Part shown: one piece after another, positions 25,301 through 37,689 of the stretch
Numbering within the stretch: position 1 is the stretch's first letter
How the letters are laid out: each line of letters starts with the position of its first letter
Assembly (NCBI RefSeq): GCF_009834535.1
Contig: NC_045697.1
Coordinates: forward strand, 76,262,001-76,326,000
Source of the DNA: Camelus ferus
Taxonomy: Eukaryota
Direction: 5' to 3'
DNA: 64,000 bases
The notes under the pieces: model-generated
What the model saw: only the letters and a program-made list of their open reading frames with translations
The model's database searches: none
Told to the model about the DNA's origin: nothing
Translations under genes and position numbers: made by a program

Positions 25301-26090
25301 AGTAAATACATTTTTAAAAAAAGAATAAGGCTCTGACCAAGAAGGCAGCCTTAGAGAGATGTTAGGGAGAACTGAAATGTCTATTGAACTAAAGTGAAAT
25401 TTATGAAGTGTTTTGCTGTGGACCTGGGTTAGGGTTAGGGATCCCAACACAGTCTCACCAACCAAAGGCAATACAGCTTCTGTTGCTGAATGTCCATGCT
25501 GTCTGTAACAGTCCAATTCTGAACCCCGGTTACCAGCACTAGCTACTTCTAGCAAGTTTGCTCCTTCTACCTTGGTAGCGTTCATCTTGACTGGAAGAGA
25601 CTTGTGTTTGGAATATGGATTTGCCCTCAGGACCTCAGCCTGTAGCCTATCCTGAAAGCTTACAATGTGTTTGATCCGCCTCTACAGGATCCCAAATAGC
25701 ATCACATCAGACCCCCAGCAACGCACTTTACAGACCCATGGGATCCACAGTCATATGACATATTGCACCACCCAGAAGTCGCCAGCCTGGCAGAGGGATG
25801 GAATGAGTTGAACTCATAGCTAACGCATCAGCTTGGAGGTGCTTGCGAGGATGAGGGCCATACTTGAGAATGCAGCGCTCAACTTTAAATCAAAAAACTT
25901 AAATGATGAGTGTCTGCATAGGTAGAACACACGAATCTAGGAACCAGTGGGTGGGAGTAGGAGTGGTCCTGCTTACCAGCACTCCCAGTTACACACTGGG
26001 CCTTCTGTGCTTCCTTTTGTGCTTCTCAACCCTGGGCTGTTCAGGTAGAGACCCTGGTTCCCTAACATGGTCCTTCTGGCCAGAGGACAC
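22394..26090 (+). mobile_element. Degraded ERVL internal region (ERV3-16A3-like gag-pro-pol pseudogene), no 3' LTR seen
   Basis: RT remnant VWPLKNPAGCWRITGDHCRLD from 23371 (cf. ERVL VWPVQKTDGSWRMTVDYRKLN); decayed YxDD as H*NDDIMII at 23711; integrase Zn-finger remnant AECPCC at ~25485; many stops and frameshifts. Confidence 0.85.
25076..25320 (+). mobile_element. 5'-truncated artiodactyl-type L1 3' end
   Basis: 'tatataaaatagataaacaacaa...acagggaactatattca...gaatcactttgctgtacacct'; TSD aagaataagKctctg at 25061-25075 and 25321-25335. Confidence 0.9.
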
Positions 26091-26119
26091 AGTGCCCTGT
26101 TGTGTAGCCGATTCCACGC

Positions 26120-26400
26120 TCAGTGAGACTTCCCTTAGAATCCTTATAAAAACAGCCGTAACTTGTACACTTGAATCAATCTCTAACTTCCTTCTTTCTT
26201 TACTCTGCCTGGTGCTTATCTCCATCTGAATTCTATTGCTTATTTATTTGTTTACTTGGATATTGTCTTTCTCCTCCACCAGAATGTAAATTCCAGGAGA
26301 GCAGAGACATTTTACTTGTTCTCAGCTGAGTCACCAGTGCCTAGAACAGCACTGGCCACATTGAAGGCACTCAAGAAATATTTGCCAAATGAATGAACGG
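26120..26400 (+). mobile_element. L2 3' end
   Basis: 'agaatgtaaattccaggagagcagagac...ccagtgcctagaacagcactggcc...gcactcaagaaatatttg...tgaatgaa'. Confidence 0.8.
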
Positions 26401-27429
26401 CTCTACAATGTAATTTTTTGTGGGTGGGTAGTATTCAGTTGTTAAGTATTCATCATCGTTTATTTAACCAGTCACTCGTTGCTGGGCAGTTCATTTTCCT
26501 CACATTCTTTTTCTGATGAAATAATGGCAGGCAAAATCTTCCTGTATATCATCTATTCTTTCCATACAATGAGGTCCAAGCAGTACAGTTTGCTGGCACA
26601 TAGGTATGACTTATAGTTTTCAAGGCTTCTGATACGTGATACCTCAAGGATTTGTTTTAAAAGTCTTATTATGTATGCAATTCAGATGCAGCTCTCCTCT
26701 TGTCTAACAGGCTGTCTTGACTTCACATAAAACCGTATCCTGACCTGGCACCCTTCGGCGTTTTATGTAAGAAAGCCAACCATACTCAGAATGTTAAAAA
26801 GTATTTTTCATTGCCTTTGCTGAAGACTTCGCAGGGGGTTAGAACTAATTGAGTTAATTCTAACTCAACCCCACAGCAAAACTTGGTAAATCCCAAGCAG
26901 ACGTCTCAGTTCTCCATTTCATCTCTCTCGGGCTGCTCTCTCGGCTGGGGGACCGTTTTTGTGTCAGTCCTCTGTTCATAGAGTCAAATCCTTTCCTTCT
27001 CCTTCCTCCTTCATGCATTTTCAGCCCCAAAACTTAAATTCCTCCCCCACTTTATCATATAGAGAACCACCCACTTTCTTATGAAACTGGGGCCCCGTGT
27101 AGAGATACAGGAGCTTGCTTTTAGCTTGTAATGCCTTCTCTAAGTCCCAACAAGTCTGTGTTGCTTCCTACAGAGAAGTTCTCAGACTCTAATGCATTAA
27201 AAAACAAAACAAAACAAAAAAACACTCCTTGAGTTTTTTTCCCCTTACGTTACTCCCTTAGAGTACAGAAGCCTGAATTCTAGCGTTCTCTCTCTCTCTG
27301 TATTGTGTGCTCCGAGTTATGCGTTACCTATTTGATGATGTGTTGCTGCACTTGGCTTTCCTCCAAAAGTTTCTTCTTCCTCCCCTCCTCCCATGGTACA
27401 TTTATCTCCGTGCTTTTTGTCTCAGGCTC

Positions 27430-27630
27430 TAAGCTTCCAAGGCTGAAAGATCCGGATTGATGGCCCATTTCCATGTCTTACTGTGTGAACTTTAAATATG
27501 AAACTTTCTTCTGGGTCATTGTTTCCTCATCTGTAAAATACCTCTTGCTGTTAAGAAGAGTAATGAAATAAGACATAAGTTAGCACAGTGGCCTGAGGAA
27601 ATACTCAACAAATGTTAACTTATTAATCCA
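27430..27630 (+). mobile_element. MIR SINE
   Basis: 'gtttcctcatctgtaaaata...ttagcacagtggcctg...actcaacaaatgtta'. Confidence 0.7.
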
Positions 27631-28134
27631 CCCTTCCATTTGGCATGTCTGCTCTTTATATAGCTTCTTGGGCATTCAGGGTCTTGTTTCCCTCTATCCT
27701 TTCTATTCCTCGGTTTCCCTAATTTCTTCCTCCTTAACCTTCCCCTGCAGGAACCTCACTGAAGGTCACATCTTCTGAAACCTGCCCACCCTGTCTTCAC
27801 TTCTCAACAGCTTCCTTCTTTCTCCTCTCTTTTCACTACATTCTCCTGTCTGTCCATCTTCAGGTTTAGGGGGTATTTTTCTTTGCCTTTCCCCTATCAC
27901 AGCCTGAACTGTATCTCTGTTATTTTTCTCTGTTGTTTACTTTAAAATTGCTACACACCAGCTCTTTCTTCTCTTTCACTCTCCAATGACCTCCTTCCAT
28001 GCTTTTGGCACTTTGGCTATTCCTTTCCTTCTTTTTCCTTGTCCTTCACATCTGGCTCAGTGATGCTCGTCTCTTACGCCTACATACTCTATCTTTGCAG
28101 GGATTTCATCTCATTCTCTTTATAGTGAGCAGTG

Positions 28135-28500
28135 GCATTCATTCACTTATTCATTCATTCAGTGAATATTCTTGAGCACCTGCTATCGTTAAGGTGCTAG
28201 GTTGGGTCTTTGGAAGACAGAAATTAGAGACACAGTTCCTGCTCTTAGAGAGCTCAAAGTCTCATGGGGAAAGATGTCTAAACTAATCCCATTTGGGTGA
28301 TAAGTCTATGAAAAGGGCAATGCAGGGTGAACTGAGAGGGGCAATTAGTGGAAATTAAGGTGAAAGGAGGAGGTATAAAGGAAAGCATTCCACAGCTGTT
28401 GACATCAGAGTTGTTTTGAAGCATGAATAGGAATAAGTCAGAAGAAGTGGGGTGTGAATACATTAGAGGGAGTGCAGATTCTAGGTAAGGGGCCAATATT
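28135..28500 (-). mobile_element. L2 3' end
   Basis: 'cattcattcagtgaatattcttgagcacctgctat...cagttcctgctcttagagagctcaaagtct'. Confidence 0.75.
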
Positions 28501-29339
28501 TACCTTTGCATTGAGTCAGATCCTTCACTGCTGAGTCACTTGACTACTCAGTGCAATCAGGTGATTCTTAGAACATAGCTACAGGATGCCTTTTTTTTTT
28601 TTTTTTTCCTACTGCGTTCCTCATCAACTATAGCATTTCTTGGCCAATGAATAAAAAGAGCTTCTGATGTGGTGATCACATGTTCTTTTTTGATAGAGCC
28701 CTATTTCATATTTATCTCTCCCTTCCTCCACACCAAATCTAAATGAGTATATAAATTTTTAACCTACTATTTCATTTAAAAAGACAGTAAAAAATGTTGT
28801 TTGCATTGGTCTGCTAACTAGAATTACAACACGGTTCTGGCGTCTTTTCCTCTACGGTGCTTTCTAAACTTTGCATAAACGTCCTCACTTTTAGTAGTTT
28901 TCATTAATGCAAATAAATATGCCCCATGAACTTATTCAAATGAACTAATAAACAGGCTCCCGTCTTATGGTCTCGTAATGAAAGTTTCATAAGTTTCTTA
29001 ATGAAACTGCCTTCAAGGGGGTCTATCTGCACGGGAACCAAATGTTGTTACTCTTGCCATGCCCTCCTTCCTCCTCTTGCTGCTTCTTCTGCCTTCTCAT
29101 AGCCCAGCAGAAGGTAAATAACAAGATGAGTGAGAGCACGTGGCTCTGAGGTGGGCGGGAATGGGAAAGAGACATGGCCGCCGTGGTGAGCTTGGCCTTG
29201 ATACAGACCCAGCAGAAGGCAACCCGAGGACTCCAGTGAAAAGGTAAAGCATGGTATTGAAGGTGTATGATGTTTAGAGGACAGTGATAGGTGATGGTAA
29301 GCCATCCAGGCAGGTGGGAAATCTGGCTGGAATTTGTGT

Positions 29340-30540
29340 CTTTGCACTGAAATTATACATTAATTGAGGAAGAAATGAACTATCTTTAATATTAAGTTGG
29401 CAACCATGCATGTAGTTTTTGTTTCCATTTATTCAGTCTTCTTATATCTTTTAATAGAATTTTAATATTTTCCCATAACAATGTCTTGTACGTTCATTGT
29501 TAGGTGGACCCAACCCCCAGATACATTACAGTTGGGCTGCTATTGTGAATGATACTTTATTTTCTAGTTGGTTATTGCTGGGGTAGAAGAACATTATGAA
29601 TTTGTGGAAGCTGATCTTGCATTAAGGCAAATTTGCTGAACTCTCAACTAATTTTAATAGTTTGTTGATGGTGTTGGATTTTCTACATAGATAATCATGT
29701 TGTCAGCAATGAATGATGATTTAATATCTTTTATTCCAATGCTTGTGTGTCAGTTATCAATTGCTGCAAACAAATTATCCCAAAGCTTAGCAGTTAAAGA
29801 CAAGAGACATTTATTGTCACACAGTCTCTGAGGTCAGTAATCCAGGAATCTGACCTGGTTTCAGAAATCACACAGCATTACTTCTTCTTGTTCTGTTTGT
29901 TAGAAGCTGTTCAGTAAGTCCAGCTGAAGCTCAAGGGAAGAGAAATTAGGCTCCACTTTTAGAAGATACTGTCAGAATTTGTGGACATATTTAAACCACC
30001 ACATCTTAGAGTCTTTTTTTCTTCTTGTCTTCCTTTTAAAAAATTTTATTGGTGAGGACATCCAACATCAGGTTAAGTAGTGGCAACGATCATGATAACT
30101 TTGGATCCAGACTTTAAAGGAACTGAAACTTTCTAAGGTTTCTCCATCAAATGTAATGTTTACCTTAGGTTTTTGGTATAAAGTCTATCAGATTAAAGGA
30201 GTTCCCTTCTATTCTTGACTCCTGGGACTATTATTATTTTATCATGGCTAAATGTTAAATTTCATGAAGTACCTTTGCCTTCATAAGTTTTCTTTTCTTA
30301 ACTTTTTTTGTTTGTTTTCTCTTTTAAGATAGGTTTTCTGATATTAAACCATTGTTGCATTCCTGGGATGAACTTCACTGGGTTTGTTTGTTAATACATT
30401 ATGAAATTCACTTAGACAGTAATTTATATACTTCTTCCCATTTGTAATCATAGGTCAAATAGGCCTGTGCTGAGAATCAGTGTTGTATTAGCTCCTAAAA
30501 TGAGTTGGGCAATTTCCTCCTTTTCTGTATTCTTCAGCTT
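29340..30540 (-). mobile_element. Old L1M ORF2 fragment, interrupted by MLT1
   Basis: 'tctacatagataatcatgttgtcagcaa', 'tcagattaagggagttcccttctattctt', 'aaccattgttgcattcctgggatgaac'. Confidence 0.75.
29746..30003 (-). mobile_element. MLT1 (ERVL-MaLR) solo LTR with internal deletion
   Basis: 'tgtgtcagttatcaattgctgcaaacaaattatcccaaagcttagcagttaaa...aattaggctccactttt...tttaaaccaccaca'. Confidence 0.8.
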
Positions 30541-30699
30541 GGAGGTTTTGCAGCCTGCCTGTGTTGGAGGCTGGCCTTTTTCTTTCCATTTGCCCAGCTT
30601 TCTACTTTAGTTGTTCTACTTGCTCCTCCCACCCCTGACTTACTGCCTTGCTTCCAGTTCATGGTTTGTGCCTTCTTTCCTGGCTCAGTTTTGCTTACA

Positions 30700-31000
30700 C
30701 AGGCAGGGCTCAGATACTGCAGCTTCAGTTCCAGACCACCGCAATAAAGCAACTATCGCAATAAAGTGAGTCACAAGGATTTTTTAGTTTCCCAGTGCCT
30801 ATAAAAGTTATGTTTAAACTATACTATAGTCTGTTAAGTGTGCAATAGCATCATGTCTCAAAAAACAGCGTACAGACCTTAATTAAAAATACTTTATTGC
30901 TAATATTGCTGGCCATCATCTGACAACACAGCGTTGCCACAAAACTTCAATTTGTAGGGAATGCAATATGTGCGAAGTGCAGTAAAACAAGGTATGCTTG
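30700..31000 (-). mobile_element. Tigger1-derived non-autonomous element
   Basis: Both Tigger1 ends: 'caggca...gttccagaccaccgcaataaagc...gagtcac' and 'ttgccacaaaacttcaatttgta...taaaacaaggtatgcttg|ta'. Confidence 0.85.
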
Positions 31001-32699
31001 TATATAGCAGGGGTCAAAATTTATACTATTTGGCTCAGATATACAATTAATGGTAACCGCTTTTATTTTGCATAACTGACTCAGACTTGCCCATGAACCC
31101 TTCATTGTCAATGACAGAAGTAAGGAAGGGTGATATGAAGGCATGTTGTATTAAAATTTCCAAAATGTAAAGAAGTATGTTAGTATCTTATCGTTTAGTA
31201 TAGTCTCATTTTGAAGAAATATTCTCCCTTTCCCTCTTAGGTTCCAAGATGACTTCCTGGAGTCAAGGGAAACTTACTTATATTCATGGTGATGAGGGGG
31301 AGGGAAGCTGGCTTATCTGCATGTGTGTTTACTTGACAGTGGACATAGCTAAAGAGGCATCAAAGAACCAGAGAACAGCAGACACACCAGTCAGTTCCTC
31401 TAGTCCCTGGAGAGACACACCAGATGCCTTCTTGGGGAAGTAGGCTTGGGAATTGAGGAACTTTTGAAAGAAGACAAATCGCCCTGGTAGGAAGTTTGGA
31501 CATTGAACTTTACTGAATATTTATCCAAAAGAAAAGAAACTAAGCTGAATGAAATATTTTTTAATCTGAGAGACACTGAATTTACTTGAATTAGGAGGCT
31601 TATGTAGTTTGTTTTCCTTACTACCCAGTGATATGTGGCTTGAAAGCAAGATCAGCTATAGAAACATTAAGGAATGCTCCAATTTTTCACATCTAAGTGT
31701 AGTGGGTAAAAATCTGACCCCACTATATTTGGACTAACAGATCTTGACTTCCGTATCTTGGAACTTCATCCACTGACAGACTTGATATCACCCAGTCTCA
31801 CCTCATCATATCCTTTTCTGGTTCTGCCCCAGAGAAATAGGTATTGAACAGAAGGCTGTGAACCAGTTCTGCTGTACTGCTGGCTGGCTGTCTGGCAGCT
31901 CTGCCTCTTAATTTTCTAATCCATAAAATGGGAAGACTAAAATAAATGAACTTTAAAGTTTTTTCCAGCTTTGTGAATTTTCACAATCTTTTTTCTTTTC
32001 ATAGCCTTATCCACATCCCAGCACTTTCTTTTCCTTCTCACCAGGGTGTATGTAAACTGAGGGGACAGTCAGACTTTGCAAATCAATTTTTCATGTTATT
32101 TGTCCCCTTCATTGATTGCTCTCCCAGCTTGACTTAGGGACAGATCATGCTGACTGCAGAGTGAGAGCCCTGGTTAGAGTTGGTTGGAGTCTGTAGCTGC
32201 TCCTTACAGCATATTGCTCCCCTCGCCTCTCTTTCCCACTTGCTTGTGAAAAATCCTATTGGCATTTCATACCCTTCAAGTTCTACATCATACAGCCTGC
32301 GTGACTCTAAATGCTGGTTTTAAAAATCAAAAGCACCAAAGCAGAGAGTCTGTTTGGATCAGGGAGGCAATAGTGCACTTTCCTGATAACACTGTTTCCC
32401 CAACAAAACATAAATCTGAACAAATGAATCTACGGAATCACTGGTGCTGGGTGAATTCTTTTTTTTTTTTTTTTTTTTTTTTTTCTCTTTTTTGGTGCCT
32501 GGTAGGGTTATTTCCCATCTTCCAAAGCCGGAGCCCTAATGAGCTCCAGGGGGACAGAAATCTGTCAATCACCTGGGTACTTTTCAAGTATAGTCATCTC
32601 AGCCCCATCAGAGAACCACAAGGCATGAAATAATTAGAAAGCCCAAAGTAACTGCTCTGTTTTACAAGAGCAAAATCCGTATGTGGATCATTTACATAA

Positions 32700-33420
32700 A
32701 GCTGTCACTTCCCATTACGGTTCTAATGTAGGCTGGGTAATAATCACAGGCGGGCTGGGGGGAGGGGAGGTCAAGGTAGGCTGGGCCTCCGTATTGGAAG
32801 CGCAAGGTACGCATGTGCTGCGCCTTCCGCCGCCCCCACCTTCACCGGCTTCTGAATTAATGTAAAGTATCTTTTCTCTTCTATTAAATAAGAACTATTC
32901 GTGCTGCTATGGCAGCAGACCCTGTGCTTAAGAGAAGGGAAAAAAGCTTTTGCATCAAGCTATTGTTAGGGGAGAATTCACTTTGAGGAGCATTTCAAAG
33001 CTGATCCGACTGGGGAAAGAATCATGTTAAATATTTGCTATGAAATATTTATAAGAAGAGCACAAGACCAATCGACAAAGTTGCCTGGGAAAATAAGCAT
33101 CCCTCCTCATTTGGAAATTTGGGGTGTGGGGGCTTAAATGCTCTAGAGAGAATTTATATAAGTACAAATATATGTGTGATGTTTGTTCACGAACGTGCGC
33201 GTGCACACTCGCACCCTCACACACATGGTTGAACGGGTTGATAGGATTTAGGTCAATCTGCATCTGAATGCGGTTTCCCAAGTACAGCGGCAATAAGAGG
33301 TCAGTGAAGACTGTCTGGATAATTGTGTTTGAAGAAGCACTGTACTGATGCCAGCAGAGCAAGACGCCCCGGATGGAGCCGGGCAGCCGCGATCTATAGC
33401 AGTAGCCATGTTTAGGTACC
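32700..33420 (+). promoter_or_regulatory. Candidate alternative promoter / first exon
   Basis: Repeat-free and CpG-retaining; GC boxes (ggcggg, ccgccc), reverse CCAAT, AGGTCA half-site; gccATG at 33408 followed by weak donor AG|gtaccc at 33415/33416. Confidence 0.35.
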
Positions 33421-34989
33421 CTTCTCCTGTCCGCACCTAGCAAAGGGGCTCTTGGAGGCAATGAAGTTCCCTGGACTCTGCCCTTCATTCCATCAGCATA
33501 ATACTAACAGGGCCCAAATGTATGCACTGAAAAATGAAAAGGAGGATGTGTCTGAAGCCAGAATTTATGATTTTAGACTGCGTATTTCCATCTATGTGGC
33601 TTGTGGATTTTTCAAAAATATTTAGTACCCAAACCCTGCCCACCTGAACATACATTATATAATAAACATTATGTAATAAAAAGTGAGAAATGATGATTGA
33701 CTTACATAGTTGAAAGAAGCTCTGCATCGACTGTGTATCTTTCAGTATCTATGGGGCCCTTCTTTGTATTGGGAGAAGAGAAAGGAAAATATTCTGACTT
33801 AATGCAGAGTCTGCAATAAGTAAATCACATATTTAACACTTAGCATTTGCCATGTGAGCCTTGTGACCATACTGTACGGCTTTGCAACTAATATGATTAA
33901 TGTGAGTGAATAGCTAACTGGGCAATGCATACATTGTTACTGATGCTTAGTTTAATCTAGAAGTCCTATAGAGAATTTTACCGTAGGCCAGTTTTGTTAA
34001 TCAACAAACCCATCGTAAGATTCTGGCCAAAAGAGCAAGTGCTCCGGAACAGCCGGTTGCAGTAATCTGCCCAGTTCATGGCTCTGTCTGAGGGGTCCAA
34101 GGCTACCTCGCTGCGAGGCGGGCAGAGGGAAGATGCAGGGGCGTGGTGGGGTCTGCGCCACAGCCAGCCTGCTTCTTATCTGCGAGATCACCAAGTGGGA
34201 AAGCATTGTGGATGGATTTAAATCAGCTTTTTTCTCTCTCCCCCCTCCCTCGCACACAACAAAAGTCTAAATCCCCTTTTCAGGCCAGATTGCCCCATTT
34301 CCCTGCGTGGGCCAGGCAGATTGGAAACATGTTTGTCATTCAGCTTTTCTCCAGGCTAATCAGGAGACACTGGGGTGGTGAGATTTCTGCCTTTCATCTA
34401 TGGAGCCTGCTTCTAAAAGCAGCCGCGCAGAGGCCGCTGGGCCCGCTAGAGAGCTGGGCTGCCTGTCATCTCTGCAGACAGATATAAAAATAATGTTAAC
34501 CACGAGCCTAAGCAAAGGGTTTAACAGGGATTTGAATCTAAAATGTGATACTCCACATAGACTAACTTGATTTGGTCCAACAGAGCCGAACCCGTTATTC
34601 TGTTCTAACAAAGTGTGTCACATAATGGAGGAGATTTTGATGGGATTTGTGACGTCTCTGTTTCAGGCTTGATGCTGAATAGATCTAAACTGTGAATGAA
34701 CATTGCTGCCTCCAGAGTTGTCATGAAGAGAGGCCTTGGCTGACCTGACTCCTGACTCAAGGTCTTGTTGACAGGACAGCTTTCAAGTTCACAGAGGTGT
34801 TGTCCAGAGCACGCAGCAGCAGCCGGGCTAGGCAGGTGTGTAGCAGGGGACCTGCTCTGTGCGAAGCCTTGGCCAGTGCAGAGGGTTGCTACACAGTGAT
34901 TCCCGCGTCTCCTATATTGGGAACTTCAATGAACTTTTGAACCAGAAAATTCTAGAAAATAACGATTTGTAAAGACAATGGACAGCAGT

Positions 34990-35230
34990 CATGAGGAGGT
35001 AGTACAGAGTGGTGGAGAGAGTCCAAGAGGGCCTGGTTTGACTCTTGGCTTCCCCACTCACCATGGGACCTTGACCAGATTATACTCTACAACTCGATTT
35101 CCTTATCTATAAAAAGGGGATACTGATAGTTGCTTCTCTCTGGAATTATTGCAAGGAATACAGGAGATCGTGCATGTTAAGCACTCAGTCTAGCCCATAA
35201 TAAGTGCCTGATATACAATATTATTAGCTG
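34990..35230 (+). mobile_element. MIR SINE
   Basis: 'cctggtttgactcttggcttccccactcacc...gaccttgacc...tttccttatctataaaaagggga...gcatgttaagcactcag'. Confidence 0.75.
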
Positions 35231-35559
35231 GTGCTTGCAGTTCCATGGCAGTTAAGGATGGTTTAGGACCTTACTGCCACCGCATGCTGCCTCATTCTTA
35301 GCTATTGCTGTTCAGAAAAGCAATGACCAATGTTCCTTGTTGTAAACATAAATGACACAATGACACGCAGTGATACTCAGCCATCGAGACCACTTGGGAA
35401 AGTCCTATGTTTCAGACGTAAGTAAATCTAGAAGATGATATAATGAACACTCACGGATGGACCACAGAGTTTGACAGCTTTAAAATTTTGCCATATTTAC
35501 TCTTTTATATAAATCATTAGAGATTTGGTTGAGTTACTTGGTACCTTCCTTGAGCCCTA

Positions 35560-35803
35560 TTTTTTTTTTTTTTTTGGTGTATAGTTGACTTAAGGGGTTG
35601 TGTTAGTTTCAGGTGTACAGCAAAGTGATTCAGTTATACACACACATATATATATATTCTTTTCAGATTATTTTCCATTATAAGTTACTACAAGATATTG
35701 AATATAGTTCCATGTGCTGTACAGTATAAACTTGTTTATCTATTTTATATATAGTAGTGTGTATCTGCTAATCCCAAACTCCTAATCTAGCCCTCCTTCC
35801 CCA
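35560..35803 (-). mobile_element. Artiodactyl-type L1 3' end
   Basis: T-tract then 'tgtgttagtttcaggtgtacagcaaagtgattcagttataca...cccaaactcctaat'; same family as the copies at 3985, 7021 and 25076. Confidence 0.88.
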
Positions 35804-35809
35804 GAATCC

Positions 35810-36310
35810 ATTCTTCTTCTACCTTCTCATCTCTGCTCTGAGATAACCACTGTCCTGAATTCGAGCTTTAATTATTACCAGATATGTATTAAAATGTTGT
35901 ATAGCTACAGCAATAGCTACATCCACAAGAAATATTTAATTTAGTTTTATACCTTTGGTTTTTATATAAACGGTTTATTGAACACATAAGTCTACCACTG
36001 ACTTTTTTCATTTGATATTATGTTATATTTATTCATACTTATATATTTTAATAAATCAAACTGGATAGATTTTTACTGTGGTACAGACTTCCATTCATAC
36101 TCTTAGTGATAGACATTTAGGCTATTTCCTGTTTTCCCTTCTGAAGCAATTCCACAGTGGATGTACCTCTGTGCGTGTTCTCATGTGTGAGTGCTTGTCT
36201 AGGGTGTGTATCTCAGAGAATGCTAGGTCCTTTGGGGTGTACAGCTTCATCTTTATTAGATACCGTCAAATTGCTTTTAACACCAGCAGAATATGAGGGT
36301 TTGAGAGACA
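35810..36310 (-). mobile_element. Old L1ME-like fragment
   Basis: 'gataaccactgtcctgaatt', 'gtgatagacatttaggctatttcc', 'tagataccgtcaaattgcttt'. Confidence 0.6.
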
Positions 36311-37689
36311 TTTAAATGGAAGGGAATATATTAAATAAAGTTTGCTCACCCAACTCCCTTTGAGTTTCCAGGAGCTGATTTAGGAGATGATGCTGCTCCT
36401 TTCTTATCAGTAGCTATGGAGGGCAGGTTATTTTTTTCCTCTTTGTGTTAATTAACCCCTTTGGACTGTGGTCCTGGTACAGCCCATGGTTGATAATAGA
36501 ATGTGACTGGAGAAAACCAGACCCTCAACTTGGGTCAAAAGGTTAGGAAACAAATAGTCTCCTGTAGTCCTTAAACACTCTTCTTCCTGAGGCACCCCAC
36601 TAAAATGGATCTCCTGAAAATAAAATCACCAAATGAAAACGGTCCGTTAAAGAACTTCAGGTCTAGGGACTGATGCTCCTTTCACAGCAGGGCACACATA
36701 CAGAAGGGAATGGGGTAGAGAGGGGTGAGTGCACAACACAGGGTCCGGGGCAGGTTTTTAGCCACAGTCACTGCAGGGCTTATGACTGTGCTGTAGGGGA
36801 TCCCTTTGACACTTCTCAGAAACCCAGTGGGTAAGTTAAGGTTGAAAAGATGCTTGCTTGAACTTCTTGAAATAAAATACAGTCCAGAAATGATTTTACA
36901 TAACTACACTGGTAAGGAAGCAAATGATTTTATTTAGTTCTGTGTAAAGCTAATCATGGGAATAGAAGATTAGCAACAAAAAAAGAGAGATGGACCAATC
37001 GTTCCCACTTCTTTTGGGAGGGGGCAGGTCCCTGTGTAGAGGACAGAATGGTAAATGCACAGTGTACATGCTACGTGCGCACAATTCCAAAGCTAAATAA
37101 AGCTCTTTTTGTAGTACTTACTATGTTAAGTCATGAGTGCCATTACTTCCCTTCATTATTATGCCTAATTGTAAGTTGACTGTAGTAGGAAATGAACTAT
37201 AGTTAATTTGACTGTCAACTAGTGACCAAACTGAAGCTGTAACGGGCAGATTGTTGGCATTAATTAGAGACTTCTGTTTGGCTTTTAGATTCTTATCTAT
37301 TTGACCTTGTGCCTTCTATAATCTGGCTGGAGGTTTTCTGGGTCGAATGAGGGCTTCTGAGTCACTGGACTTAGAACTCTGCAATAGTTTGCTTTCCCTG
37401 CAGAAAGGAGCTAACATCGTGGTGCTAACACTGAGAATTCCCAGCTCCGCCCTCAGGTTTTCTCAGACGATCCTGAAGAGTGAGGAGACTTCATTTCTTT
37501 CTTTCCCTATTACAAAACATCTCTCAGTTTTCACAGGTTCTTGAACACACACTCTGGGTGCTAAGCTCCCATTTTTAACCATACGCATTAAGGGTGATGC
37601 TTAGTGATGTTATGTGCTAGGCTCAGGGCACCTGCGTTATCTTCTTCAATGCTTGTAACTATTTTATGATTTAGATACTTTTATTGTAT

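Noticed and set aside
22797..26229. Cluster of 70-110 aa ORFs
   Set aside because: Fragments or off-frame reads of a decayed ERVL pol; the catalytic YxDD tyrosine codon is a stop.
31240..31730. Possible old LTR fragment
   Set aside because: It has an LTR-like look but I cannot assign a family or boundaries without a database search.
33027..33488. 153-aa minus-strand ORF
   Set aside because: No recognisable domain; more simply explained as antisense to GC-richer regulatory sequence.
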